A stretch of 60,733 nt of DNA from NCBI GenBank assembly GCA_001786835.1, contig MFTO01000005.1:1-60733 (forward strand), in the 5' to 3' direction. The notes below the pieces were generated by a model that was given only the letters and a program-made list of their open reading frames with translations, made no database searches and was not told the origin of the DNA. The DNA comes from Candidatus Nomurabacteria bacterium RIFCSPHIGHO2_01_FULL_40_20. Lineage in GTDB: Bacteria > Patescibacteriota > Minisyncoccia > Phycocordibacterales > UBA9973. Every line of letters starts with the position of its first letter. Position 1 is the first letter of the stretch. Position numbers and translations under genes: made by a program. Of the stretch, positions 7,531 to 15,572 are shown piece by piece.

Positions 7531-9816
7531 TTAAGGCACTACGTTTACAGTAATTATCTCCCAATCAAGAAATTGGTTATTTTCCACATTATAAGCCTGT
7601 ATTAGAAACATATAAGTTCCAGGAGCCATATCATCCAAGATTGGACTTTCCCAAGCAAAAGTCATTTCTTCCCCAGGGCCTATTAATTCATAAAATGAAG
7701 GTAGGTTTTCTACTCCATTTAATCCAATCCCATGAGCACGAAACTCCGATGGACCACATGTCAATTCGTCCGTATTTTCCACTTTTATTTCTATCCGATT
7801 ATCGTTTTCACTTATATCGTAAGTGTATGGAGAGTAGGTAGTAAGAATGGGATCATCTTGGGAGCAATCTGGGAATGTTGCGTTCGGGTCAATTTCTACG
7901 TCGAAACTTATCCTTGAGGCGGTCAGATTAGTTATGGGACCGATGGTGATTCCCAAGGTGGAGTCTGAAAAAGTGTTTGACCCGACCAAAGCAGCATCTT
8001 CTACGTCATAAATCCACCACGTTTCTTCGTCTGGCGTTGTATCAAATAAAAAGGTTTGTGGTAAACCGGAAGGAAAATCATAGAATCCATGAACCAACAG
8101 ACCGTTTTGATTTTCGGAAATTTCTTCGTGCAATCCCAGTCCGGCATCGAGACCGATAGCCCTTCTATTATCCACAGAGTATTTCAAACCTAATGCCCCA
8201 CTGATTCCTGCTGGATTAAAAATTCTGGCGAATTTAATTCCTGCTTTGGTTTCTAACGGGTTGATAGTGTAATGACCGGAAGAAGTGATGTCTAAAATCT
8301 GATTTGGGTTAATCCACCCAAGATTTTTTTTATACATTCCATTGAAGTGTAAAGAAAACACAGGATTTCCCATTACGTCAAAATAGTTTCCATATTCTAT
8401 AAAACAGTGTTGAGCGGAGCTGATAGGTAGAGAGTTGCAGTCTAGGCCATCTGCGTGGAGGACTCCGAAAGAGTGACCCAATTCGTGAGTTATAAGGTGG
8501 TCGAATATCCTCCATGAAAATGGCGGGGGATAGATTGAAGTGGCCGGAGTTCCAGAAAATATGTTATCGTCAAAAATAATTCTAGCCCTTGAAGCGGTAT
8601 AATTTATTCCATTAAAATTTAAAGTTATCTGCCCTAAAGAGGATAGTCCAAAATTAGAATTACTATCTGGACAATTTACGATAAAAAGAAAGTGATTGTA
8701 AGATTGCAGAGGCACAGAATTTTGTATTATGTACTCGTCAATTTCTTCAATACCAATACCGAATTCTTCTTTTGGCATAGTTCCCGAACAAGCTTGGTTT
8801 TCGTCTTCGGTCTCAATCCATCCATAAATATCTCCATCCAGATATCTTTTCCCATAAGAATTTTCTTTGAAAAAATCGTTTATAATTCCATCGAAAATAA
8901 GGTTCTCTCCCTCACTGGCCTCAAACGGTAAGTTTTCTCCTTCTGGGTTAACCAAAAAAATCCCAATTTTATAAGGCTCTGGTTCAAGTGTTTCAGGGTT
9001 ATATACTGTCATTATATTGTTAATATAATAAGCAGGGTTTGGGGCGACATGGACTGTTATTGAATCCGATACTTCTCCTTGTGCATTTTCACAAGTTATA
9101 GAAAATATTACTGTTTGAGTTAACGGTGTAGTTATGAAAGTTCCGCCATTTATGTTTTTCGGTCCAGCCCATCCAACAGAACCACCAATGCCGGTGCAAG
9201 AGTCAGCGTTTTCTACTACCCAAGTTATCTCGCTTGTGCTGTTTGTAGCAACTACTTGTGGATGAGCGGAGATACTTACAGAGAGAGTTGAGACTGCACC
9301 GAAAAGTCCATCACCCAAAAGTTTTCCCTCTTTTACCTCAATGAGTGTTGCTGGTCGCAGAGAATATTTATTGAATGCATACAATTTATATTTAATTTCA
9401 GACGATTCTGCTAGAAAATATTCTTCTTTGTAGTTTTCCGGATTCTCAAAATCATCATAGGCTATCATCTCTAATGAACCGGTTACATTTGAAACATCGG
9501 TCTCAAAATCTATGTATCTCGCCCTTTCAAGTTTTTCAAGAGTGCTAGATGTTAGAGGATAGTCATCCACGATTCTCCTTGCATTTCCATCGGCAAGCTC
9601 TATAAGTAAAGTATCTTTGCGTTCTGTTAGGAGTTCTTGGATAGCGGGATCCACTTCTTCCTCATCAAAATTTGGAGAAGACACTAATTCTTCAATTTCC
9701 TCGTTTAGCTCAAAGACAGATGTATTAGTCGCTTTTATAATTTTTACGCTAGAGTATGCTAAGAAAAATATAACTAATAATAAAGGTAAAAACAATATTT
9801 TTAAATATTTTTTCAT
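7531..9816 (-). CDS. Secreted or anchored zinc metalloprotease-like protein (761 aa)
   Basis: N-terminal hydrophobic anchor; HELGHSFGVLHADG (HExxHxxGxxH metzincin-type zinc site). Confidence 0.7.
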   Translation of the reverse strand: MKKYLKILFLPLLLVIFFLAYSSVKIIKATNTSVFELNEEIEELVSSPNFDEEEVDPAIQELLTERKDTLLIELADGNARRIVDDYPLTSSTLEKLERARYIDFETDVSNVTGSLEMIAYDDFENPENYKEEYFLAESSEIKYKLYAFNKYSLRPATLIEVKEGKLLGDGLFGAVSTLSVSISAHPQVVATNSTSEITWVVENADSCTGIGGSVGWAGPKNINGGTFITTPLTQTVIFSITCENAQGEVSDSITVHVAPNPAYYINNIMTVYNPETLEPEPYKIGIFLVNPEGENLPFEASEGENLIFDGIINDFFKENSYGKRYLDGDIYGWIETEDENQACSGTMPKEEFGIGIEEIDEYIIQNSVPLQSYNHFLFIVNCPDSNSNFGLSSLGQITLNFNGINYTASRARIIFDDNIFSGTPATSIYPPPFSWRIFDHLITHELGHSFGVLHADGLDCNSLPISSAQHCFIEYGNYFDVMGNPVFSLHFNGMYKKNLGWINPNQILDITSSGHYTINPLETKAGIKFARIFNPAGISGALGLKYSVDNRRAIGLDAGLGLHEEISENQNGLLVHGFYDFPSGLPQTFLFDTTPDEETWWIYDVEDAALVGSNTFSDSTLGITIGPITNLTASRISFDVEIDPNATFPDCSQDDPILTTYSPYTYDISENDNRIEIKVENTDELTCGPSEFRAHGIGLNGVENLPSFYELIGPGEEMTFAWESPILDDMAPGTYMFLIQAYNVENNQFLDWEIITVNVVP

Positions 9817-9822
9817 GTCAAG

Positions 9823-9828
9823 ATTATA
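9823..9828 (-). promoter_or_regulatory. -10 box TATAAT, 6 nt upstream of the ATG of the metalloprotease gene
   Basis: The reverse complement of 9817-9828 reads TATAAT-CTTGAC-ATG. Confidence 0.55.
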
Positions 9829-9872
9829 ACTAAACTATGTATGCTTGTAAAGTTAGTAAAGTTAGAGCTTTT

Positions 9873-9946
9873 TGGTGGACCCACGGGGAGTCGCACCCCG
9901 GATTCGTCCATGCCATGAACGCGTGTTACTACTATACTATGGGCCC
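9873..9946 (-). tRNA. tRNA-Ala (anticodon GGC), CCA encoded
   Basis: Manual fold: acceptor GGGCCCA/TGGGTCC with G3:U70, anticodon arm CGTTC-ATGGCAT-GGACG. Unusual T-loop TGCGACT and a D-loop lacking GG. Confidence 0.8.
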
Positions 9947-9973
9947 TCTGCTAAAATTTAGCAGAATTATTTT

Positions 9974-10465
9974 TTATTGCAAAGCACTAGGCGTCATATG
10001 CCTGCTTAATTTGCAGAATACCCAGCCTGTCCAAAGTGAGATAAGGCCCAAGAGAAGTACTAAACCTGAGAAAACGTAGCCTACTATTCCTAAATGAAGT
10101 GCTGTAATAAGCGCGGTTGCTGTAATCCAAGTGTTGCGAGCTTCGTTTGCAGTCATTACTGGGTTGCCTTCGGCGTCCAATACCGGACTGCCAGCTTCAT
10201 CTAATTTTTGGATTTGGCGAGGCATTTCAGCATAAGTCTTGCCCCCAGCACCTTCGAGTGCATGTTCGCGGATAATATCGGCTTGAGACATCAGGGTGAA
10301 CGGTCCGCGGACTTTTGCGCTCGGAATGGAGGCGTCTGCAGGAGTTACGATATTTTCCTGCGTGACATTTTTATAAGTAAAACAAATACCCCAAATGCCG
10401 ACTACCACCATCAATATTCCCGCGATAGTAGCTAACCAGCCACTGGTCTTTAAAAATTTTTGCAT
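9974..10465 (-). CDS. Hypothetical two-TM membrane protein (163 aa)
   Basis: Hydrophobic N- and C-terminal helices; no motif recognised. Confidence 0.5.
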   Translation of the reverse strand: MQKFLKTSGWLATIAGILMVVVGIWGICFTYKNVTQENIVTPADASIPSAKVRGPFTLMSQADIIREHALEGAGGKTYAEMPRQIQKLDEAGSPVLDAEGNPVMTANEARNTWITATALITALHLGIVGYVFSGLVLLLGLISLWTGWVFCKLSRHMTPSALQ

Positions 10466-10516
10466 AATAAAAAGATTAGTTAATAAAAATTTGTATGAGT
10501 TTATTATAACACTTTG

Positions 10517-10588
10517 TGTCCCCGAGAGGAATCGAACCTCTATCGCAAACTCCGCAAGCTCGCATTCTATCCATTAAACTACGGGGAC
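10517..10588 (-). tRNA. tRNA-Arg (anticodon GCG by manual fold)
   Basis: Acceptor GTCCCCG/CGGGGAC, D-arm with AATGGATA loop, anticodon arm CGAGC-TTGCGGA-GTTTG (two G:U pairs), T-arm AGAGG-TTCGATT-CCTCT. Confidence 0.75.
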
Positions 10589-10625
10589 ATTACTTTAAGC
10601 TAACAGTTTTCATGGGAAAAATCCA

Positions 10626-11696
10626 CTAATATCGGCGTAACTCGTCGCATTTCTTTATTAAGTGTTCACCTAGAATTTTCCCTACATTCACTCCGGTATA
10701 CTTTGAAAATAGAGTGAAAGGTCCGATGTTTATTTCCCCGATGACCCACTCTTCGCCTCGGATTAGAAAATCTACACCAGCATATTCTGCTCCTACCGCA
10801 TTTTTTACCGCTATCGCGGTGGTTTTTTGGTCATTACTTAGTTCAAATTTTTTGGCGCTACCTCCGCGAGCGATATTGGAGGTTATATTTTTAAAATTAG
10901 TTCTCTTTACCGCTTCTACTACCATGTCCCCGATAACCGTGCATCTGAGGCTGGAGAATCCTTTACCGTGGTCGTTGAAGTAGGGTTCCACTAGCATTGG
11001 GTGGTATGTAAAATCAAGAAAAAGTTTTTTGAACAGTGAGCGCGGAGATTTTAGGCTGGCTCTGTGCTCTATTTTTATTTTTCTTTCTCCATTTTCTTGT
11101 TTTATTTCAACAATATCCACATTTTCCCAATGCCCGTTGTCGTAAGTAAAAAATTCTCTTTCGCATTTCTTTATTAATTTTACTCCATTTCCGGCTCCAT
11201 CGCTCGGAGGTTTTACGACGTAAAGATTATCTTCTTCTAGATATTCATTTAGTTCCTCTAGAGAATGAATAGCTTTATCGTCCAAAACCGGTATATTTTT
11301 CTCCCGTAAAACTTTTTTTGTTGCAATTTTATTATGACCCAATTCTTGGCATTTAGTGGAATTAAAAAAAGGGATATGCCTTTCCAATAATTTTACATTG
11401 TTTGAGTATTTGGAGTTTTTCCTGTAAAACTTGGAGTCGTGTTGCACTATAGCTACCAAATTATTTTTTCTTACGAAATTCTCCGCATCTTTTTCTGAAA
11501 AAATCCACAATTTCGCTAGATTCAATCGCAGTGGCCGGTACTCCCTGCTCTGCTTTATTGTCTTGATTAGTTCGTCGGTAAACATTTTATCTGATTCATC
11601 TGAATTATAAAACCAATCCGGTATATAAATACCTATAGCGAGTTTTCTTATTTTTCCATGTTCTTCCACAGTTTTTACTTTAGTATTTTCAAGCAA
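10626..11696 (-). CDS. ATP-grasp family ligase (RimK/GshB-like), TTG start
   Basis: VVKPPSDGAGNGVKLI and GVDFLIRGEEWVIGEINIGP, typical of ATP-grasp cores. Confidence 0.65.
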   Translation of the reverse strand: MLENTKVKTVEEHGKIRKLAIGIYIPDWFYNSDESDKMFTDELIKTIKQSREYRPLRLNLAKLWIFSEKDAENFVRKNNLVAIVQHDSKFYRKNSKYSNNVKLLERHIPFFNSTKCQELGHNKIATKKVLREKNIPVLDDKAIHSLEELNEYLEEDNLYVVKPPSDGAGNGVKLIKKCEREFFTYDNGHWENVDIVEIKQENGERKIKIEHRASLKSPRSLFKKLFLDFTYHPMLVEPYFNDHGKGFSSLRCTVIGDMVVEAVKRTNFKNITSNIARGGSAKKFELSNDQKTTAIAVKNAVGAEYAGVDFLIRGEEWVIGEINIGPFTLFSKYTGVNVGKILGEHLIKKCDELRRY

Positions 11697-11718
11697 AAGA
11701 CGCTATCGTTAAACGAAT

Positions 11719-12192
11719 CTAGAATCCCAGCGCGTCCATTATTTTCTCTGAAGGATGCTCTTTTATTTCTTCTTCGGCAATATTGTGAGCTAGTATCATG
11801 GCGCGGATTTTTTCTCCGTGATATGGCTCTATCGGCACAGAGAGAATAGGCATAAACATTCTGGACGAGCGGATAAAGAGAGTTGGTTTCAAATTTTTCT
11901 CGCTATCTACTTGAACCCAAAAAGATTTGATGCTCTCATAAGGGAAGAGGCGGTTTTTAATTTTAAATCCTTTTTCGTTTAGTTCATAGTCGGTAATACC
12001 CGGGGCTTTTTTTGCGAAATAACCCATCAACACTCCGCCGATGATAAGGAGCATGGCAAAAAAATAATTGCCGTAAATGAGAGACGTCAGCGCCCCAGCC
12101 ACAATAATAATCCCAAGCGCCCAAAACCAGTCGTTGTTTTTCTCCTTGTGTTCGTATTCAAATGCGGACCATGTTATCTTGTTTTCTTCCAT
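11719..12192 (-). CDS. Hypothetical membrane protein (two TM helices plus a small soluble domain)
   Basis: WFWALGIIIVAGALTSLIYGNYFFAMLLIIGGVLMGYF; no catalytic motif. Confidence 0.5.
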   Translation of the reverse strand: MEENKITWSAFEYEHKEKNNDWFWALGIIIVAGALTSLIYGNYFFAMLLIIGGVLMGYFAKKAPGITDYELNEKGFKIKNRLFPYESIKSFWVQVDSEKNLKPTLFIRSSRMFMPILSVPIEPYHGEKIRAMILAHNIAEEEIKEHPSEKIMDALGF

Positions 12193-12198
12193 GCCTAA

Positions 12199-12207
12199 AT
12201 TATATCA
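12199..12207 (-). promoter_or_regulatory. Extended -10 box TGATATAAT, 6 nt upstream of the ATG at 12192
   Basis: The reverse complement of 12193-12207 reads TGATATAAT-TTAGGC-ATG. Confidence 0.55.
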
Positions 12208-12213
12208 CAAAGC

Positions 12214-12242
12214 TTGTGAAAATATGGCAATTACAGTAATGT
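12214..12242 (+). promoter_or_regulatory. Candidate promoter TTGTGA-N17-TAATGT, placing the transcription start at about the 5' end of tRNA-Ser
   Basis: Read directly; the -10 box ends 7 nt before position 12250. Confidence 0.45.
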
Positions 12243-12249
12243 AAATGGC

Positions 12250-12334
12250 GGAGGCGTCGGATAGAGGTTTATTCCACCTGTCTTGAAAACAGGAGTGTCG
12301 CAAGGCACCGTGAGTTCGAATCTCACCGCCTCCG
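12250..12334 (+). tRNA. tRNA-Ser (anticodon TGA), class II with a long variable arm
   Basis: Acceptor GGAGGCG/CGCCTCC, D-arm GGA...TCC, anticodon arm CCTGT-CTTGAAA-ACAGG, variable arm GTGTCGCAAGGCAC, T-arm GTGAG-TTCGAAT-CTCAC. Confidence 0.85.
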
Positions 12335-12337
12335 CCC

Positions 12338-12730
12338 ATGAAATTTTTGGGCATTGATTATGGAGAAAAGAGAATTGGGCTCGCGACTTCAGACGAACGA
12401 GGGATGTTTGCTTTTCCGAAGTTGGTGGTGGAAAATGGCATCGATACTCTAGATAAAATCGGTGAAATTTTGAAAGAGAATAAAATTACAGAAATCGTAA
12501 TAGGGAAATCGCTCGATATGAAAGGCGAAGACAATCCAATAATGGAGCAGATTGAAGAATTCAGTGAGAAGCTCGGCAGGCGGTTTAGCTTGCCGGTGCA
12601 CAAGGAAAAAGAGTTTTTGACGAGTGTGGAGGCTAGGCGGTATCATGAGGGCGATGGTAGAGTAGACGCTTCGGCGGCAGCGCTGATATTACAGAGATAT
12701 TTAGACAGAAGAAGTAAGTTGGGCGACTAG
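12338..12730 (+). CDS. ruvX: YqgF/RuvX family putative pre-16S rRNA nuclease / Holliday junction resolvase-like protein
   Basis: MKFLGIDYGEKRIGLATSD N-terminus typical of YqgF. The ATG lies 3 nt after the tRNA-Ser 3' end. Confidence 0.88.
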   Translation: MKFLGIDYGEKRIGLATSDERGMFAFPKLVVENGIDTLDKIGEILKENKITEIVIGKSLDMKGEDNPIMEQIEEFSEKLGRRFSLPVHKEKEFLTSVEARRYHEGDGRVDASAAALILQRYLDRRSKLGD

Positions 12731-12829
12731 GCTCTAGGCTTTAGGAGTCTAGCTAGAGCCTAATGCCTAAAAGCTAAAGCCCAAGAAACATGATATCAAT
12801 TGAAGATTTTAAAAAAGTAGAAATAAAGG

Positions 12830-12835
12830 TATAAT
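12830..12835 (+). promoter_or_regulatory. -10 box TATAAT, 6 nt upstream of the pilM ATG
   Basis: TATAAT-GATTAC-ATG read directly. Confidence 0.55.
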
Positions 12836-12841
12836 GATTAC

Positions 12842-13936
12842 ATGCTTCGCAATTCGCATAATAGATTTTTCCCGACGCCGGACTTTTTGGAGATGCCTTC
12901 TTTTGGACTGGATATTTCGGACGAGTCGCTAAAATTTGTGGAACTTCTTACTACCAGAGGTGGCATTAGACTTGGACGATACGGTGAACGGAAAATCCCT
13001 TCAGGTATCATCGAGTCTGGAAAAATCAAAGATCCAAAAAAGTTGGAACAAATTCTATCCGCGCTCAAAAAAGAAGTCGGCATAAAATCTGTGCGGGTTT
13101 CTTTGCCGGAAGAACAAGTTTATATTTTTAGGCTTCACTTGGATAAAACTGAACTAAAAGACATCAGGGAGAGAATAGAGCTCTCTCTTGAAGACCATGT
13201 GCCCATACCGGCCGAAGAAGCTATATTTGATTATGAACTTTTAAAAGAAGACGAGCATAAGCTTGAATTACAGGTGACAGCTTTACCTCGGAGTATCGCC
13301 GAAAGCTACTTATCTATTTTTGAAAATTCTGCAATTGAAGTGCAGTCGCTCGAACTTGAAGCGCAGGCTATTTCTCGGGCGGTGATAAAGAAAGGAGATT
13401 TGGAAACTTATATGATTGTGGACTTTGGCGAGAAACGAACCGGGGTTTTTATAATTTCTAACGGAATTGTAATTTTTGCTTCTACTCTAGAGTTTGGCGG
13501 GGACACACTTACGGAGATGATAAAGAAAAGTTTCAATATTTCGTTTGAGGAGGCGGAAAAAATGAAGCAAGAATACGGGCTTCAGCGCAATCTGGAAAAT
13601 AAAGAAATATTTTCCGTGCTTTTAAACGGAGTATCAATATTGCGCGACGAGGTAGCAAAAAATCTCTTGTATTGGCAAACACACAAAGACGAAGGAGGTA
13701 ATAGCAATCCGCTGATTAAAAAAATAATTCTTTGCGGAGGCAATGCGAACATTGTGGGGCTGGCGGACTATTTTTCTGTCAGTCTAAAGAATAGGGCAGA
13801 AACAGGAGATGTATGGTGTAATATTATAGACGATATTGCGACTGGCAAAAAATATATTCCCGGGATAAGTTTGGAAGAGTCACTTTCTTATGCTACAGCT
13901 TTAGGGTTGGCATTGGGAGATTTTAGATATGATTAA
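12842..13936 (+). CDS. pilM: Type IV pilus assembly protein PilM (actin-like ATPase fold)
   Basis: FGLDISDESLKFVEL..., IVDFGEKRTGV, ILCGGNANIVGLADY; followed by pilN/pilO-like genes. Confidence 0.85.
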   Translation: MLRNSHNRFFPTPDFLEMPSFGLDISDESLKFVELLTTRGGIRLGRYGERKIPSGIIESGKIKDPKKLEQILSALKKEVGIKSVRVSLPEEQVYIFRLHLDKTELKDIRERIELSLEDHVPIPAEEAIFDYELLKEDEHKLELQVTALPRSIAESYLSIFENSAIEVQSLELEAQAISRAVIKKGDLETYMIVDFGEKRTGVFIISNGIVIFASTLEFGGDTLTEMIKKSFNISFEEAEKMKQEYGLQRNLENKEIFSVLLNGVSILRDEVAKNLLYWQTHKDEGGNSNPLIKKIILCGGNANIVGLADYFSVSLKNRAETGDVWCNIIDDIATGKKYIPGISLEESLSYATALGLALGDFRYD

Positions 13937-14468
13937 TTTAATTCCAATTGAAGAGAAACAAAAAATGACAAGGGCTTTCTATCTTAGGCTCACAGTAGTT
14001 TCCCTTTTGGTTCTAGGATGCTCTATGCTCGTTGCGGGTGTAGCGCTACTCCCTTCTTATTTCTTTGTAAAAGTTAAACAAAATCTTGTGCTTTCAAAGC
14101 TTGAAGAGCAAAAGGCGGAAACACTTTCTTCTTTAGAGTTGGAAGCAGTAACTTTGACCGGTAAACTCAATGCAAAGTTAAACTTGGTTGAGAGTTCTTC
14201 GCAGAATAAATACATAGTCTCGCAAAAAGTAATCAATGAAATTCTACTAAAAAAAATACCAGAGATTAAAATAACCAGGATATCTTACAGTAGTTCGCAG
14301 GAAGGTAGAAAAATACAGATAAGCGGTACGGCGCCCTCCAGAGACAAACTTCTTTCTTTCAATAATGCGCTTAGCAATGACCCAGCTTTCAAACAAGTCG
14401 ATCTACCGGTTTCCAATTTTGTGAAAGGTTCCAATATTAGCTTTTTTATGACAATTATCCCTAATTAA
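13929..14468 (+). CDS. pilN: PilN-like pilus assembly protein
   Basis: MINLIP N-terminus, single TM helix, coiled segment; overlaps the pilM stop by 8 nt. Confidence 0.7.
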   Translation: MINLIPIEEKQKMTRAFYLRLTVVSLLVLGCSMLVAGVALLPSYFFVKVKQNLVLSKLEEQKAETLSSLELEAVTLTGKLNAKLNLVESSSQNKYIVSQKVINEILLKKIPEIKITRISYSSSQEGRKIQISGTAPSRDKLLSFNNALSNDPAFKQVDLPVSNFVKGSNISFFMTIIPN

Positions 14469-14469
14469 A

Positions 14470-14994
14470 ATGAAGAAAAAATCCTTAAAAATCTATCTTT
14501 TTCTTTCCGTAATCTTTTTTGCGACATCTATCACGATATTTTTCTTCCTATATCAGACAGTAAAGGAGAAAAACGCAGAGGCGGAAACAAGTGAAATAGT
14601 ATGGCAGGAAGAAGAATATCAGAGAGAAAATATAGAATCTATGGAAAATTTTTTAGAAGAAGAAGCGACCAAGATAGCTTTATTGGAAAAACACTTTATT
14701 TATGGTTCGGACATTGTGCCGTTTTTAGATTTGCTTGAGAGGCTAGCGCCACAGGTAGGGGCGGACGCGGAAGTCCTTTTGGTTGATAAAGCCAAAGACG
14801 GTTCTCTTCTTTCGGTTGACGTCAGAGTTATAGGAAATTTTGAGGCCATTTATAAGTTTTTGACGTTGCTTGAAAATTCGCCCTATGAGCTCGAAATTAT
14901 TTCCGTGGATATTCAAAAAAAAGGAGGAGAGGGTGTCGAGAGTTCAAAATGGGAAGGAGTTTTCAAGGTGAAACTTTTGAGTTTTATTCCATAA
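14470..14994 (+). CDS. pilO: PilO-like pilus assembly protein
   Basis: Single N-terminal TM helix, coiled coil, position after pilN. Confidence 0.6.
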   Translation: MKKKSLKIYLFLSVIFFATSITIFFFLYQTVKEKNAEAETSEIVWQEEEYQRENIESMENFLEEEATKIALLEKHFIYGSDIVPFLDLLERLAPQVGADAEVLLVDKAKDGSLLSVDVRVIGNFEAIYKFLTLLENSPYELEIISVDIQKKGGEGVESSKWEGVFKVKLLSFIP

Positions 14995-15004
14995 TTTTGA
15001 AAAA

Positions 15005-15319
15005 ATGAAAATCACAATAAAATTTCCTAAAATTAAAAAAAGTTTCAAAAAAAGCGACCAAGGCATCAGACCTAGTTTATTTTGGAATATTATTTTATAT
15101 ACTGCTTTCGCGGTGATTCTTGCTTCTTTTGCTTTCGGCTTTTATCTTTTTCAGACTGTGAACAAAGGAACCGTCTTGTCAATCGAAGAAATGGAATCAA
15201 AAACGAATCTTATAAAAGAAGAGAGAGTTGATAGGGTATTGGAGTATTTAAAAACCCGCGCCGAGAAATCTTCTGAAATAATAAATACTCCGGCGCCTAT
15301 CGTTGACCCGTCCTTATAA
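15005..15319 (+). CDS. Hypothetical single-TM protein, last gene of the pil cluster
   Basis: TM helix LFWNIILYTAFAVILASFAFGFYLF; context only. Confidence 0.45.
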   Translation: MKITIKFPKIKKSFKKSDQGIRPSLFWNIILYTAFAVILASFAFGFYLFQTVNKGTVLSIEEMESKTNLIKEERVDRVLEYLKTRAEKSSEIINTPAPIVDPSL

Positions 15320-15352
15320 AAATGGTAATTTGACAACATGCGCCTTACTCAG

Positions 15353-15390
15353 CCCCGACGGTAAGTCGGGGAGCCGACAGAGTCGTCGGC
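15353..15390. repeat. Tandem double hairpin of the CCGAC/GTCGG family
   Basis: CCCCGAC-ggtaa-GTCGGGG followed by GCCGAC-agagtc-GTCGGC. Confidence 0.85.
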
Positions 15391-15420
15391 TTTGGTAGAG
15401 ACGCTTTGATAAAATTATTT

Positions 15421-15493
15421 GCGCGGTTAGCTCAGTTGGTAGAGCGCGTCATTTACACTGACGATGCCGGGGGTTCGAGCCCTCCACCGCGCA
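15421..15493 (+). tRNA. tRNA-Val (anticodon TAC)
   Basis: Acceptor GCGCGGT/ACCGCGC, D-arm GCTC-AGTTGGTA-GAGC, anticodon arm CGTCA-TTTACAC-TGACG, T-loop TTCGAGC. Confidence 0.9.
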
Positions 15494-15498
15494 CCGTT

Positions 15499-15570
15499 GC
15501 CTTCGTAGTTCAATGGATAGAACAGGGCTCTTCTAAGGCCTTGATGTAGGTTCGATTCCTACCGAAGGCA
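15499..15570 (+). tRNA. tRNA-Arg (anticodon TCT)
   Basis: Acceptor GCCTTCG/CGAAGGC, D-arm GTTC-AATGGATA-GAAC, anticodon loop CTTCTAA, T-arm GTAGG-TTCGATT-CCTAC. Confidence 0.88.
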
Positions 15571-15572
15571 CA

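Noticed and set aside
9948-9964. 17-nt palindrome CTGCTAAAATTTAGCAG next to the tRNA-Ala 5' end as an operator or terminator.
   Set aside because: It is single-copy, the loop would be too small for a stable hairpin, and it has no adjacent T-run in the orientation of the upstream gene. It could not be supported beyond its existence.
9837-10079. 80-aa ORF over tRNA-Ala, and a 60-aa ORF (10395-10577) over tRNA-Arg.
   Set aside because: Both are explained by tRNA genes on the opposite strand and by the neighbouring membrane-protein gene.
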